Shown piece by piece: positions 52,685-64,000 of a stretch of 64,000 nucleotides of DNA. The notes beneath the pieces were generated by a model that made no database searches, had not been told where the DNA came from, and saw only the letters and a program-made list of their open reading frames with translations. The DNA is taken from assembly GCF_018350175.1 (NCBI RefSeq), contig NC_058368.1, positions 21,888,001 to 21,952,000 on the forward strand. The letters are read 5' to 3'. The translations under genes were made by a program, and so were the position numbers. The stretch's first letter is position 1, and each line of letters starts with the position of its first letter. Source of the stretch: Felis catus. Its lineage: Eukaryota.

Positions 52685-52884
52685 ATTTTTTTTAAGTTTG
52701 CTCATTTATTTTGGAGAGACAGAGTGAGCGGGGGAGGGGCAGCAAGAGGGGAGACAGAGAATCCCATGTAGGCTCTACCAGTATAGAGCCTGATGCGTGG
52801 CTCCAATTCATGAACTGTGAGATCATGACCTGACCTGAAATCAGGAGTCGAATGCTTAACTGACTGAGCCACCCAGGTGCCCCC
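52685..52884 (-). mobile_element. Older Can-SINE
   Basis: Antisense SINE body. Confidence 0.9.
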
Positions 52885-54105
52885 AAGGACTTAAGAGAGA
52901 TTTCTAAAAAGAAATTTGTCCTGTTCTGGGCAAGGGGTCCTGTTAAGGACACTGGGGCCTATGACGACGGTGGCTCCTGGCAGTGCCCCCAAGGACTGTG
53001 TAAGCCACTGGTCTCCCCTCTCTTAGACCCAGGTCCTTCCCTGGGCATAACACTGCCTGTCTTACAGAGTTTCTACTGAGGACAATGTGACATAAAGTAA
53101 GTGAAACATCTCTGGAGTCTATGTAGTAGGGCCGAAAATTTTAAATTAAAAAACAAAACAAAGCCCTGAGTGGTAAATTTTTTTCTAAGTTCAATTTATT
53201 TGATCTCTTGCTTTTATATATTAGCCAACTGATCTTGAATTTTATATACAAAGGTGATGCAGAGATGGCTAGGAGGACAGTCTGTGGCCAAGGAAGTCTA
53301 ACTGGTTTAGGGGAGTCCAAGGCATGCCCAAAGCTTATTACGCTCTGTTCTGAATGAAAGGGAAGCACAATGAAACCACCTTGCAAAACAGGAGTTAGCT
53401 CACACATCCCAAAGTCAGCACAAGCAACCATACGAACAAAATTCAAATATGGGTAAGAAGTTAGATTATGCTAAAGGTGGGATTCCAAATCAGAGCACAA
53501 AAGGATGATCATTTAATTTGGAGAGCTATCTGGCATTATGCGTAGAAAAAAAACAAAGTTACGTCCTTACCTCACAATATATTACCAAATAAATTACACA
53601 TGGATTAAGGCTCTAACCATAAGAAAAAAATTTTAAATTAATAAAAAATGTATGGTATTAAGGTCAAGAAGGCTCAGCAAGGAAGGAAACTCAGAAGCTA
53701 CAGAGAAAAAGACTGACAGATCGGACTACATAAAAAATTTAAACTTCTATTTGTATGGTGACAGCTACCATTAGAAAAAAAATGAAAGAAAATGTATGAA
53801 AACAGAAACAGACTCATAAATACAAAGAAAAAACTGGTGAGTGAATAGGTGAAGGAGATTAAGAGGTACAAACTTCCAGTTATTAAAAAAAATCAGGGGA
53901 TATAATGTAGAACATAGAGAATATAGTCAATAATACTGGAATATGGTGATCAATGGTAATTAGGCTTCTTATGATCATTTCATAATGTATATAAATGTCA
54001 AATCACTATGTTCTACACCTAAAACCAATATTGTATGTCAACTATACCAATAAAAAAAAGGAAAAAAATGTTTTGCTGCTTATTTGATAAAGAGTTGAGA
54101 CTCTG

Positions 54106-54303
54106 GGGGCACCTGGATGGCTTAGGTGGTTATGCGTCTGACTTCAGCTCAGATCATGATCTCATGGTTCATGGGTTTGAGCCCCACACCTCGGTCTGTC
54201 TGCTGTCAGCACAGAGCGGGCTTCAGATCCTTGGACTCCCTCTCTCTCTGCTTGTCCCACATTTGCACTGTCTCTCACTCAAAAATAAACATTTTTAAAA
54301 AAG
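54106..54303 (+). mobile_element. Can-SINE
   Basis: SINE body; degenerate TSD a(a/g)agttgagactctg / aagggctaagactctg. Confidence 0.88.
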
Positions 54304-54384
54304 GGCTAAGACTCTGATAAACCCACAGAAAAATGGGAATGGGCAAATCACAGAAGAAATACAAATGGTTAATAAAATTTCATT

Positions 54385-55600
54385 CACATAACGACTGCTG
54401 AGTAAATGGGACGTGGCCAGCACTGTTCTAAGGTAGAGGGAAACAGTAGTGGATAAGATATCTGCCCTTGTAAAGTTAACATTCTAGTGGAGAGAGACCA
54501 TGATCACATAAAGCAAACCTAAAAACAGTGATACATGCTTTGTATAAATTAAAATAAGGTGAAGCGACACAGTTGCTGGGTCCCTAATTCAGGTTGGAGG
54601 TCAGCAAAGGCCTCTCTGAGGAGGTGATATAGAAGTTCAGATTTGAATAATAGTAAGAGGTCCTAGCAGGCAAAAAAGCAAGGAGAAGGCTATTGTAGGC
54701 AGAAGGCCTTATGTTCTGGTGCAAGAATGTGCTTCCCACCCACTGGCAAGCTCACCAGAAGGACAACAGGGATGGGCTAATGTTGCTGAAGCAGAGATTT
54801 GAGAGTCAAAGATCCAAGGGGTGAGCAAGAGGTTGGGTCATGTATGGGATGCAAACCAGAGTAAGGAGTTAGGGTTTTGTCTTCATGCAATGGGAACATG
54901 AAGTGATCAGTATTTTAAAGACACTGTTGTGGCTTGTGTGGAGGATGGGCTGGGGCAGGGATGCACAGGAGACAGTGCAGAAAAAGCATCAGTGATGTTT
55001 AGGGAGATCTGGGACTTCACTGTGGTAGGTTAGTGACAGAAAGAAGGGGAGGATGCAGGGTCTGCGGGTGGCACTGACGGGCTCCACACTGGGCTGGGAG
55101 GTTGATGAGAAGATGATGATGGATGAATGGTGGGCTGTTCACTGAGGTGAGGACCCAAAGGGTGTGGATGCAGTGTGTGTATGTTTGGAGGGGCTGGAAT
55201 TGTGTCCTTTGGCCGGTTTAATATGAGATGCTATTAAATATTCACAAAGGTATGTCAGGTTGGTGGTCAGGGCTAGAGGCACAGAGGCCCTGGCATAAGT
55301 ACGGTTCTGAAGCCATGGGGACTGGAGGAGGTCACACAGGAAAGACGTTCAGATGGAGGAAGGAGCCCGGGAAACCCTCGGGGACTGCACACTTTAGAGG
55401 TTGAGCAGAGAGGGCAAAACAGCCATGGTACCTGGGCAGCAGCAGCCAGAAAGGTAAGAGAAGTAGCAGCACAGCATGTGCAGGAAGTCAAAGGAAGAAA
55501 GGGCTTCAAGGTACAGGGGCATGGGCAACTGTGTAATGAATACTGCTCAAAGGTCAGCTAAGGACAGAAAAGTGACACTGTAATTGGCCAGATTTTTTTG
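54385..55600 (-). mobile_element. L2 element, degraded
   Basis: gccagcactgttctaagg...tctgcccttgtaaagttaacattctagtgg...ggcctctctgaggaggtga; purine-rich L2-like body. Confidence 0.65.
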
Positions 55601-56005
55601 TGTACAAAGGAGGGTTTAAGATGACATGATCAGTTGATCAGACATACATATGCTGAAGGAAATAAGCTAGTACAAGCCGGGATACTGATGTGAATGGGGT
55701 AAAGGGAAATGCAAGAGCTAGTCCTTACGGAGGGGCAGGTGATGACTCCAAAGTCTAAGTGGAGGGTTGGCTTGGACAAGAGGGAGGTCCCAGAGTCTGG
55801 GGACAGAGGTAGATGGGCAGTGGTTTGGACAGGAGTTCCTAGCTAATGGCTTCCATTGCTAGGTAAAAATCAGACAAAAATATGTACACCACCAAGATGA
55901 ACTCTAATGTAAACTATGGACTTTGGGTGTTTTGATGATGTGCTAATGTAGGTTCATCGGTTGTAACAATGCACCACTTTGGTGGGGGATGTTGATAAAA
56001 AGGAG

Positions 56006-56008
<3 letters not shown>

Positions 56009-56041
<33 letters not shown>
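56009..56041. repeat. (TG)n microsatellite inside an old L1 fragment
   Basis: TG run. Confidence 0.95.
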
Positions 56042-56042
<1 letters not shown>

Positions 56043-57778
56043 AGCAGTGGGAGGTTTATGGGAAATCTTTGTACTTTTCCCTCAAGTGTTCTGTGAACCT
56101 AAAACTGCTCTAAAAGCAAAAAGTTCTATCAAAAAGAAAAATGAGGTATAGTCATCAACTTTGGGATGGGCAGTTGGGGTGGGGAGAGGTTCTAAAAAGA
56201 GAGGAAATGAAACAATAAATGTAGAGGGTGGAGGGTGAAGTGTTGAGATTCCTTTTGAGATTTGTGGCCGTGAATCTAAGATCAGTCAACACATCTGTGG
56301 GTTTTTGTCCGGTTGTTCAAGTGCTCAAGTGCCAGTCTCTTCAGCACAAGCAGACAACAGACAGATGCATTTCACCAGGGGTGGGGGTTTTGATGGTGGG
56401 TAAGGAAATGGTGTGTGAGGGTGGTGAGGAGAGGGAGTCCAGAGTGTTCGCAGGAGAGTGCTGGCAGTGCTGGACTGTGGGACTGGGAAGAATTGCTGGG
56501 GCTGGGTGGGGGTGGGGCGGGTGGGAGGTGCCTGAGGAGAACTAAAGTTCAACCTCACCAGTGAGGGGAAACGCAAGGTACCACTTCCTGTCAGGTGCAA
56601 AAATTAAGCAGATTCGTGATGCTCATTTTGTCAAGGGCTGGGAAAAGTGCTGTTTCATCCACAGAAGCATAAAATGGTACAGCCTTTCTGGGGGATGGTT
56701 TGTTAGCACGTTTCAAGATTATCAGAGAGAATTCTCTTTGACTCAGCCATTTCACTTCTAGGAATGTGCTCTACAGCAACGCTCAAACAAGTACACAGGA
56801 TATGTGTACAAAGATGTTTACTGCAGCTTTAGTTGTCAAAGTGAGAAGCCAGGGTCGACTCATTATCTACAAGGGATGGTTTCCTGCATTCTGGTGTATT
56901 TTACAGAATCCCATAAAGTCAGGAGAGAGGATGCCACACACAGTCATGTACTTATAGTTTTATAAACATGCCATCCTCCTTCCCCATCTTCCTTACCCTC
57001 ACTCCTCCCCAGCCAGGAAGGCTTCCTGGTGCTCACCTGTGCTAATGTTCTTGCTTGCTTGAGTGACCTGTGCTGATCCTTCTCAAAGTACATCAGGCTG
57101 TGCAGAAACTGCCTTCATATATGTGTCAGCCTTGCAAGGACTACATAAATGTTTGTTCCAGATCACAAACCTTACTGTAGTGGTGGGCATTAGGTGCTCA
57201 CACCTGCTGTACTGCTTGCTAAGCCGTGAAGGGCTTTCCATAGAGGAAGTCTGCTGTAACAAAACCAGGAGGGTAACTACTCCTCACTCTACCTTCCCAG
57301 GGGGAGCTGACCTCAGATCCAAGGGGATAGATCCTAGTTATGGTCACCTCCAGCAACTGGTGCAGGAGGATGGGTGTGGCTTAATTAAATTTTCAGAAGG
57401 GTCTTACTCCATACTTGGGGATGAACTTTTTCTTCCACCAGATGGGAACAAGAAAGCCTGACCCTTCGGTTGTTGCCTATGGCCTACCCTATGACCACAA
57501 GAGGACCAACTGTTGTGGACAGGATGACAGAAAGGATGATGGGGTCTTGACGACACCATTAAGCCACTAAATAAACCAACTTTGAAGCCAGCATTCCCTC
57601 TGGCTAAGTGAGAAAATAAGCATCCTTTTTTTAAAGCCAGTTTCAGTTGGGTTCCTTCTACTTACAGCCCAAAGCATTCTAACTCCTATATACTTTGCTG
57701 ATGAAGCATGTTGTAGTTTATTTTAAAATATTAAATGTTCAGTAAAATCTAAGTTTCTAATACAGACCCTACATCTTT

Positions 57779-58185
57779 TTTTTTTAATTTTTTTTTCAAC
57801 GTTTTTTATTTATTTTTGGGACAGAGAGAGACAGAGCGTGAACGGGGGAGGGGCAGAGAGAGAGGGAGACACAGAATCGGAAACAGGCTCCAGGCTCCGA
57901 GCCATCAGCCCAGAGCCTGACGCGGGGCTCGAACTCCCGGACCGCGAGATCGTGACCTGGCTGAAGTCGGACGCTTAACCCACTGCGCCACCCAGGCGCC
58001 CCCTTTTTTTTTTAATATATGAAATTTATTGTCAAATTGGTTTCCATACAACACCCAGTGCTCATCCCAAAAGATGCCCTCTTCAATACCCATCACCCAC
58101 CCTCCCCTCCCTCCCACCCCCATCAACCCTCAGTTTGTTCTCAGTTTTTAAGAGTCTCTTATGCTTTGGCTCTCTCCCACTCTAA
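57779..58185 (-). mobile_element. Young L1 3' UTR fragment (58003-58185) plus young Can-SINE (57779-58002) under one TSD
   Basis: TSD agaccctacatcttt at 57764-57778 and 58186-58200. Confidence 0.93.
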
Positions 58186-58316
58186 AGACCCTACATCTTT
58201 CAGCTCTACAAGATGTGTCTCTATCCCTGGTTTACCAATCAAGTAGACTTTCTTTTGGAAACATCCCCTTTAATATCTGTTCGTTTTGTCTGAGTAATAA
58301 AGTCATTTGTACTTAC

Positions 58317-58424
58317 CAACCTCCTTCCTCTATGGATTTCTTTCTTTACTGACTCCACATCAAAACTCCTGTCATCATTACTTGGATCATGATCCTCACA
58401 TTCCACAAGTGCTGAAGAATACAG
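58317..58424 (-). CDS. PHF11: PHF11 coding exon (human exon 3 equivalent), extended PHD finger N-part
   Basis: Minus strand ctgcag|CTG TAT ... AGG TTG|gtaagt; 108 nt; [36 protein letters not shown]. Confidence 0.95.
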
Positions 58425-58873
58425 CTGCAGATTGGGAAAAAAAAAATTCAGAATATGCTCAAAGTACTGTTGAGAGCCACAAGTCATAAAATGGTATCGA
58501 AAGTACTCACTGGGGGTAGAAGATGGATTGGGGGTATAACAGTGACCATCTTTTGGGGTGTATAAGCAGATCACAGCCACCCTGCTTTTCTTTGGAAGGA
58601 TCCCCAGGCATGTTTTATACTGCATAACCCTGACCCCAGTGTTTAAATGGACCTGGTTAGGGCCCTGACCTGAAGCTGGGCCAACTGGATTCCCTACCCT
58701 GAGAGAGTGGAATAGACTCTAAGCCACATGATAGAGAGTAAGCCAGTCTGCAAAGAGGAAAACAAAAATGAGGGCTAGATGGCTTTCTAGCTACTGTTTC
58801 TTAGACATGCTTGTGTGTCTGCCTTCAGGAGCCAAGAAATGCCCCTGCAGTCTGATTAAAAAGTCACTTTTAT

Positions 58874-60271
58874 GGCACAAAAACAGACACATAGACCAAT
58901 GGAATAGAATAGAAACCCCAGAACTAGACCCACAAACGTATGGCCAACTCATCTTTGACAAAGCAGGAAAGAACATCCAATGGAAAAAAGACAGTCTCTT
59001 TAACAAATGGTGCTGGGAGAACTGGACAGCAACATGCAGAAGGTTGAAACTAGACCACTTTCTCACACCATTCACAAAAATAAACTCAAAATGGATAAAG
59101 GACCTGAATGTGAGACAGGAAACCATCAAAACCTTAGAGGAGAAAGCAGGAAAAGACCTCTCTGACCTCAGCCGTAGCAATCTCTTACTCGACACATCCC
59201 CAAAGGCAAGGGAATTAAAAGCAAAAGTGAATTACTGGGACCTTATGAAGATAAAAAGCTTCTGCACAGCAAAGGAAACAACCAACAAAACTAAAAGGCA
59301 ACCAACGGAATGGGAAAAAATATTTGCAAATGACATATCAGACAAAGGGCTAGTATCCAAAATCTATAAAGAGCTCACCAAACTCCACACCCGAAAAACA
59401 AATAACCCAGTGAAGAAATGGGCAGAAAACATGAATAGACACTTCTCTAAAGAAGACATCCGGATGGCCAACAGGCACATGAAAAGATGTTCAACGTCGC
59501 TCCTTATCAGGGAAATACAAATCAAAACCACACTCAGATATCACCTCACGCCAGTCAGAGTGGCCAAAATGAACAAATCAGGAGACTATCGATGCTGGAG
59601 AGGATGTGGAGACACGGGAACCCTCTTGCACTGTTGGTGGGAATGCAAATTGGTGCAGCCGCTCTGGAAAGCAGTGTGGAGGTTCCTCAGAAAATTAAAA
59701 ATAGACCTACCCTATGACCCAGCAATAGCACTGCTAGGAATTTATCCAAGGGATACAGGAGTACTGATGCACAGGGGCGCTTGTACCCCAATGTTTATAG
59801 CAGCACTCTCAACAATAGCCAAATTATGGAAAGAGCCTAAATGTCCATCAACTGATGAATGGATAAAGAAATTGTGGTTTATATACACAATGGAATACTA
59901 CGTGGCAATGAGAAAAAACGAAATATGGCCCTTTGTAGCAACGTGGATGGAACTGGAGAGTGTGATGCTAAGTGAAATAAGCCATACAGAGAAAGACAGA
60001 TACCATATGGTTTCACTCTTATGTGGATCCTGAGAAACTTAACAGAAACCCATGGGGGAGGGGAAGGAAAAAAAAAGAGGTTAGAGTGGGAGAGAGCCAA
60101 AGCATAAGAGACTGTTAAAAACTGAGAACAAACTGAGGGTTGATGAGGGGTGGGAGGGAGGGGAGGGTGGGTGATGGGTATTGAGGAGGGCACCTTTTGG
60201 GATGAGCACTGGGTGTTGTATGGAAACCAATTTGACAATAAACTTCATATATTAAAAAAAAAAGAAAACAA
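58874..60271 (+). mobile_element. Young 5'-truncated felid L1 with an uninterrupted ORF2 C-terminal frame
   Basis: Open [12 protein letters not shown]...HMVSLLCGS* to 60033, then 3' UTR with G-tract, AATAAA and A tail; 16-nt TSD aaaaagtcacttttat (58858-58873 / 60272-60287). Confidence 0.97.
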
Positions 60272-60287
60272 AAAAAGTCACTTTTAT

Positions 60288-60706
60288 ATGGAATATTACT
60301 GGGCAATCAAAAAAGAATATCATCTTGACATTTGCAACAACATGGATGGAACTAGTGTGTATATTATGCAGTGAAGTAAGTCAGAGAAAGACAAATATCA
60401 TATGATTTCACTTATATGTGGAATTTAAGAAACAAAACAGATAAACATAGGGGAAGGGAAGCAAAAATAAGATAAAAAAAGAGAGGAGACAAACCATAAA
60501 AGACTCTTGAGTACAGAGAACAAACTGAGGATTGCTGGAGGGGTGTAGGGTAGGGGAGGGGCTATATGGGTGATGGGCACTAAGGAGGACACTTGTGATG
60601 AGCACTGGGTGTTATATATAAATGTTGAATCACTAAATTCTATTCCTGAAATCATTATTACATTATATGTTAACTAACTTGGATTTAAACTTTTAAAAAA
60701 AATTTG
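60288..60706 (+). mobile_element. Older carnivore L1 3' end
   Basis: atggaatattactgggcaatcaaaa...catttgcaacaacatggatggaacta...; A-rich tail. Confidence 0.9.
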
Positions 60707-60789
60707 AAAGGCAGCTTTTATGTTTAGGTTGGCTCAAGTTTCTGTGTGTTACCTGAAACCAAAAGAATCTAACCTATCTCTCAATTGAA

Positions 60790-62007
60790 GATCAACATTA
60801 CACAATGCCATCACAAAGCAATCTATAGATTCGATGTCATCCCTATCAAAATACCAATAGCATTCTTCACAGAACTACAACAAATAATACTAACATTTGT
60901 ATGGAACCACAAAAGACCCCAATAGCCAAAGCAGTCTTGAGAAAGAAGAAGGAGGTAGCACAATCTCAGACTTAAAGACACATATAATAATCAGACAGTA
61001 TGGTACCAGCACAAAAACAGACATACAGATCAATGGAACAGAAATAAACCAGGAGACCACAGAAATAAACCCATGATTATATGGCCAACTAATCTTCAAC
61101 AAAGGAGGTAAGAATATACAATGGGGAAAAGACAGTCTCTTCAATAAATGGTGTTGGGAAAACGTGGCAGCTACATGGAGAAGGATAAAGCCGGACCACT
61201 TTCTTATACCATATGCAAAAATGAACTCAAAATGGATTAAAGTCCTAAATGTGAGACTTGAAACGATAAAACTTCTAGAAGAAAACATAGGGAGTAATCT
61301 CTTAGACATCAGCCATAGTAACATGATATGTCTTCTTTCTAGATATGTCTTCTTAGGCAAGGGAAACAAAAGCAAAAATAAACTATTGGGATTACTCCAA
61401 AATAAAATGCTTTTGCACAGCAAACTGTCAACAAAATGAAAAGGCAACCTACTGAATGGGAGAAGATATTTGCAAATGACATATCTGATAAAGGATTAAT
61501 ATCCCAAACAGATAAAGAATTCATATAACTCAACACCAAAAAAACAAATAATCTGATCAAAAATGGGCAGAAGACCTGTAGAGACATTTTTCCAAAGAAG
61601 ACATACTGATGGCCAACAGACACATGAAAAGATGCTCAACATCACTCATCATCAGGGAAAAATAAATCAAAACCACAATGAGATATCACTTCACACCTGT
61701 CAGAATGGCTAGTATCAAAAAGACAAGAAATAACAAGTGATGGCAAGAATGTGGGAACAAAGGAATGCACATGCACTGTTGGGAATCTAAATTGCAGAGC
61801 TACTATGGAAAACAGTATGAAGGTTCCTGAAACAACTGAAAACAGAAATACCATATGATCCAGTAATACAACTACTGGGTATTTATCCAAAGACAATGAA
61901 AACACTGATTCAAAAAGATATATTCACCCCATGTTTACTGCAGCATTATTTATAAGAGCCAATACATGGAAGCAACCATAAGCAGATGAATGTATAAAGA
62001 AGGTGGT

Positions 62008-62058
<51 letters not shown>

Positions 62059-62530
62059 GGAATATTACTTAGCCATAAAAAATAATGAGATCTTGCCATT
62101 TTCAACAACATGGATGGACCTGGAGAGCATTATGCTAAGTGAAATATCAGACAGAGACAGACAAGTACTATATGATTTCAATGATATGTGGAAACTAAAT
62201 AACAAATGAACAAACAAAAAATCAGAAAAAGACCCATAAAGAGAGAATAAACTGGTGGCTGCCAGAGAGGAAGGTGGAGAGGGCACAGGCAAAATGGGTG
62301 ACGAGGAATGGGAGGTCTAGTCTTCCAGTCATGGAATGAGTAAATCCCAGGGATGAAAGGCACAGATTAGGGAATATATGTAGCTAATGGTATTGTAACA
62401 GATGGTAGCTACAGTTGTGGTGAGCACAACATAATGTAGAGTAGTAGAATTACTCAGTATGTTTACACCTGAAACACGTAACACTGTGTGTCAACTACAA
62501 TTTTTTTTATACTTCAATTTAACGAAAAAA
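60790..62530 (+). mobile_element. Older L1 ORF2 3' half and 3' UTR, frameshifted, with (GT)n at about 62007-62055
   Basis: aaagcaatctatagattc...ccctatcaaaatacca; [44 protein letters not shown]. Confidence 0.9.
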
Positions 62531-62929
62531 AGCGTTAGGAAAAGGTAATGAAACAAAAAACAAACAACAACAAAACCAAAGCCAGGAAAAAGATTAATCC
62601 AAAGTTCTAGACCTCTACATAAAAAAAAAATGTTTGAATATTTCTGAAATTCATAAAAAATGACCTGAATAGTTGGAGATACTCTGTTGATGGATAGAAA
62701 CACTCACATAATTTTTCCCAAATTCAATGGAATTCCAGTTAAAATTCCAAAAGGAATTTGTGTGAAACTCATAAACTGACCCCAAAATTCAAAGCACTAA
62801 AAAAGAGCCATGGCTTATCATAAAATTATAGTAATTAAGACAATTTTGTACCAGCTGAGGGATAGGCAAAGTGACCAATGGAACAGACTAAAGAGCCAGA
62901 AACAGATATGTGCACATATATTATATCGT

Positions 62930-63190
62930 TAGCACACTGGATAAAAGTGGGGGTTCTAGAAGTAGACAGCCCGGGTAAGAATCCTGGCTCAGTCACTTAT
63001 AGCTGCATGACCTTGGGCAAGTGACTTAAACTCTCTGTGCCTCAGATGTCTCATCTTTAGTTTGGGCATAATAATGATACCTACCTCTTGGGGTTGTTGT
63101 AAGGATTAATAGTTTAATACAGGTTAAGCTTCCAGAATATTACCTTACACCTGGTGAACACTGAATGATAAGAGTTATCATTATTATCAC
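62930..63190 (+). mobile_element. MIR
   Basis: aatcctggctcagtcacttatagctgcatgaccttgggcaagtgacttaaactctctgtgcctcag core. Confidence 0.9.
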
Positions 63191-64000
63191 TAAAATCAAT
63201 GACAAAAGAACAGATTAGTCAAATAATGCTGGGAAAAGGGGTTAATCATATGACAAAAGAGGAGATCCCTACTTTACACAGTAGTCCAAATAAATTCCAG
63301 TTGGATTAAGAAACTAAATGAAAAAAGCCAAAATTTAAAATTGGGGGGGGGGGGAATCTTGTAAAGAAAAGAATTTCTTAGTGAAGAACTCCTACAAATT
63401 ATAAAGGAAAACAATGATATATTTAACAAGGATACATTATAAGGCTCTGAAAGGAAACACCATAAATTAAAAGCTAACATATATAATAATGCATTAGCAT
63501 CTATTTATATACATATAAAAATACACTTAAACAAAATCAATATCCCAAAGACAAAATGTGGTCCAGGAACACAAGTCACAGAAGTGACAAAAAGATCTGT
63601 GCATAAGCATAGCCAAATCTAGAAACTGCAAATGAAAACAAGAGACCATGTCACACCCATCAGAGAGGGAAAAAATTAAAATTTCATAATATCATGTATG
63701 GCAAGGAAGACGAGAAATGAATTTGGTGTCATCCTTTTGGAAAGCAATTTGGTGCATGTAGTGAGGTGCAAAATGCACCCTCTGTGTCCACCATTTCTGG
63801 TTTTTGCTCTGTGCCCTACACCAGAGAAATTCTCCCGTGATTTAGGGGACTTACTATACAAGGATGTTCATGACAGCTGGTTAGTTATATGAAAAAAGGG
63901 GAAAAACCTAAATGCTCATTCACATGAGAATGGTTTAATAGTGGCAGTCACAAAAGAATTCTCTAACATTTAAAATTAAAGACTTAAGAGTGAAATTTCT

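Noticed and set aside
56498..56527. G-quadruplex-like G-tract cluster
   Set aside because: Common in mammalian introns and embedded in degraded repeat-like sequence; nothing else supports a function
57063..57461. 132-aa ORF
   Set aside because: No recognisable domain or splice context; lies in or beside MLT1-like LTR sequence in a PHF11 intron on the opposite strand
58768..60033. 421-aa ORF as a host gene
   Set aside because: It is the C-terminal part of L1 ORF2 inside a TSD-bounded insertion; the first 35 codons are fortuitous flank
58425..64000. PHF11 exons 1-2 or SETDB2 exons
   Set aside because: No CxxC...HENC-type coding segment found on the minus strand; the region is LTR, L1 and MIR sequence, so these exons lie beyond the window

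Overview
Mammalian genomic DNA, almost certainly a felid (probably domestic cat), judged from the dense tRNA-derived Can-SINEs of the SINEC_Fc type and carnivore L1s. Two genes lie tail-to-tail. RCBTB1 (+ strand) has nine coding exons from 10019 to 32840, all GT-AG and phase-consistent, encoding RCC1 repeats, the BTB domain and the C-terminus, with a 3' UTR to about 35060. PHF11 (- strand) has eight canonical coding exons from 58424 down to 41996, encoding most of the extended PHD finger, a basic KRKRGRKK motif and a C-terminal coiled coil. The 5' exons of both genes lie outside the window. The rest is intron or intergenic DNA: a near full-length 7SK retrocopy, an ERVL/LTR16-type proviral remnant, many SINEs (several nested), L1 fragments of several ages, MIR, L2, MLT1, MER5 and microsatellites. 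I found no new gene or novel multi-gene system. The most interesting signals are remodelling of the PHF11 linker (a candidate extra 60-nt exon, an apparently lost and shifted splice acceptor, a candidate poison exon, a C-terminal extension), two L1s inserted at the same target site, templated repair scars, and an inverted SINE pair in a short RCBTB1 intron. Exon numbering, human comparisons and repeat family names come from my memory, not from alignments or database searches.
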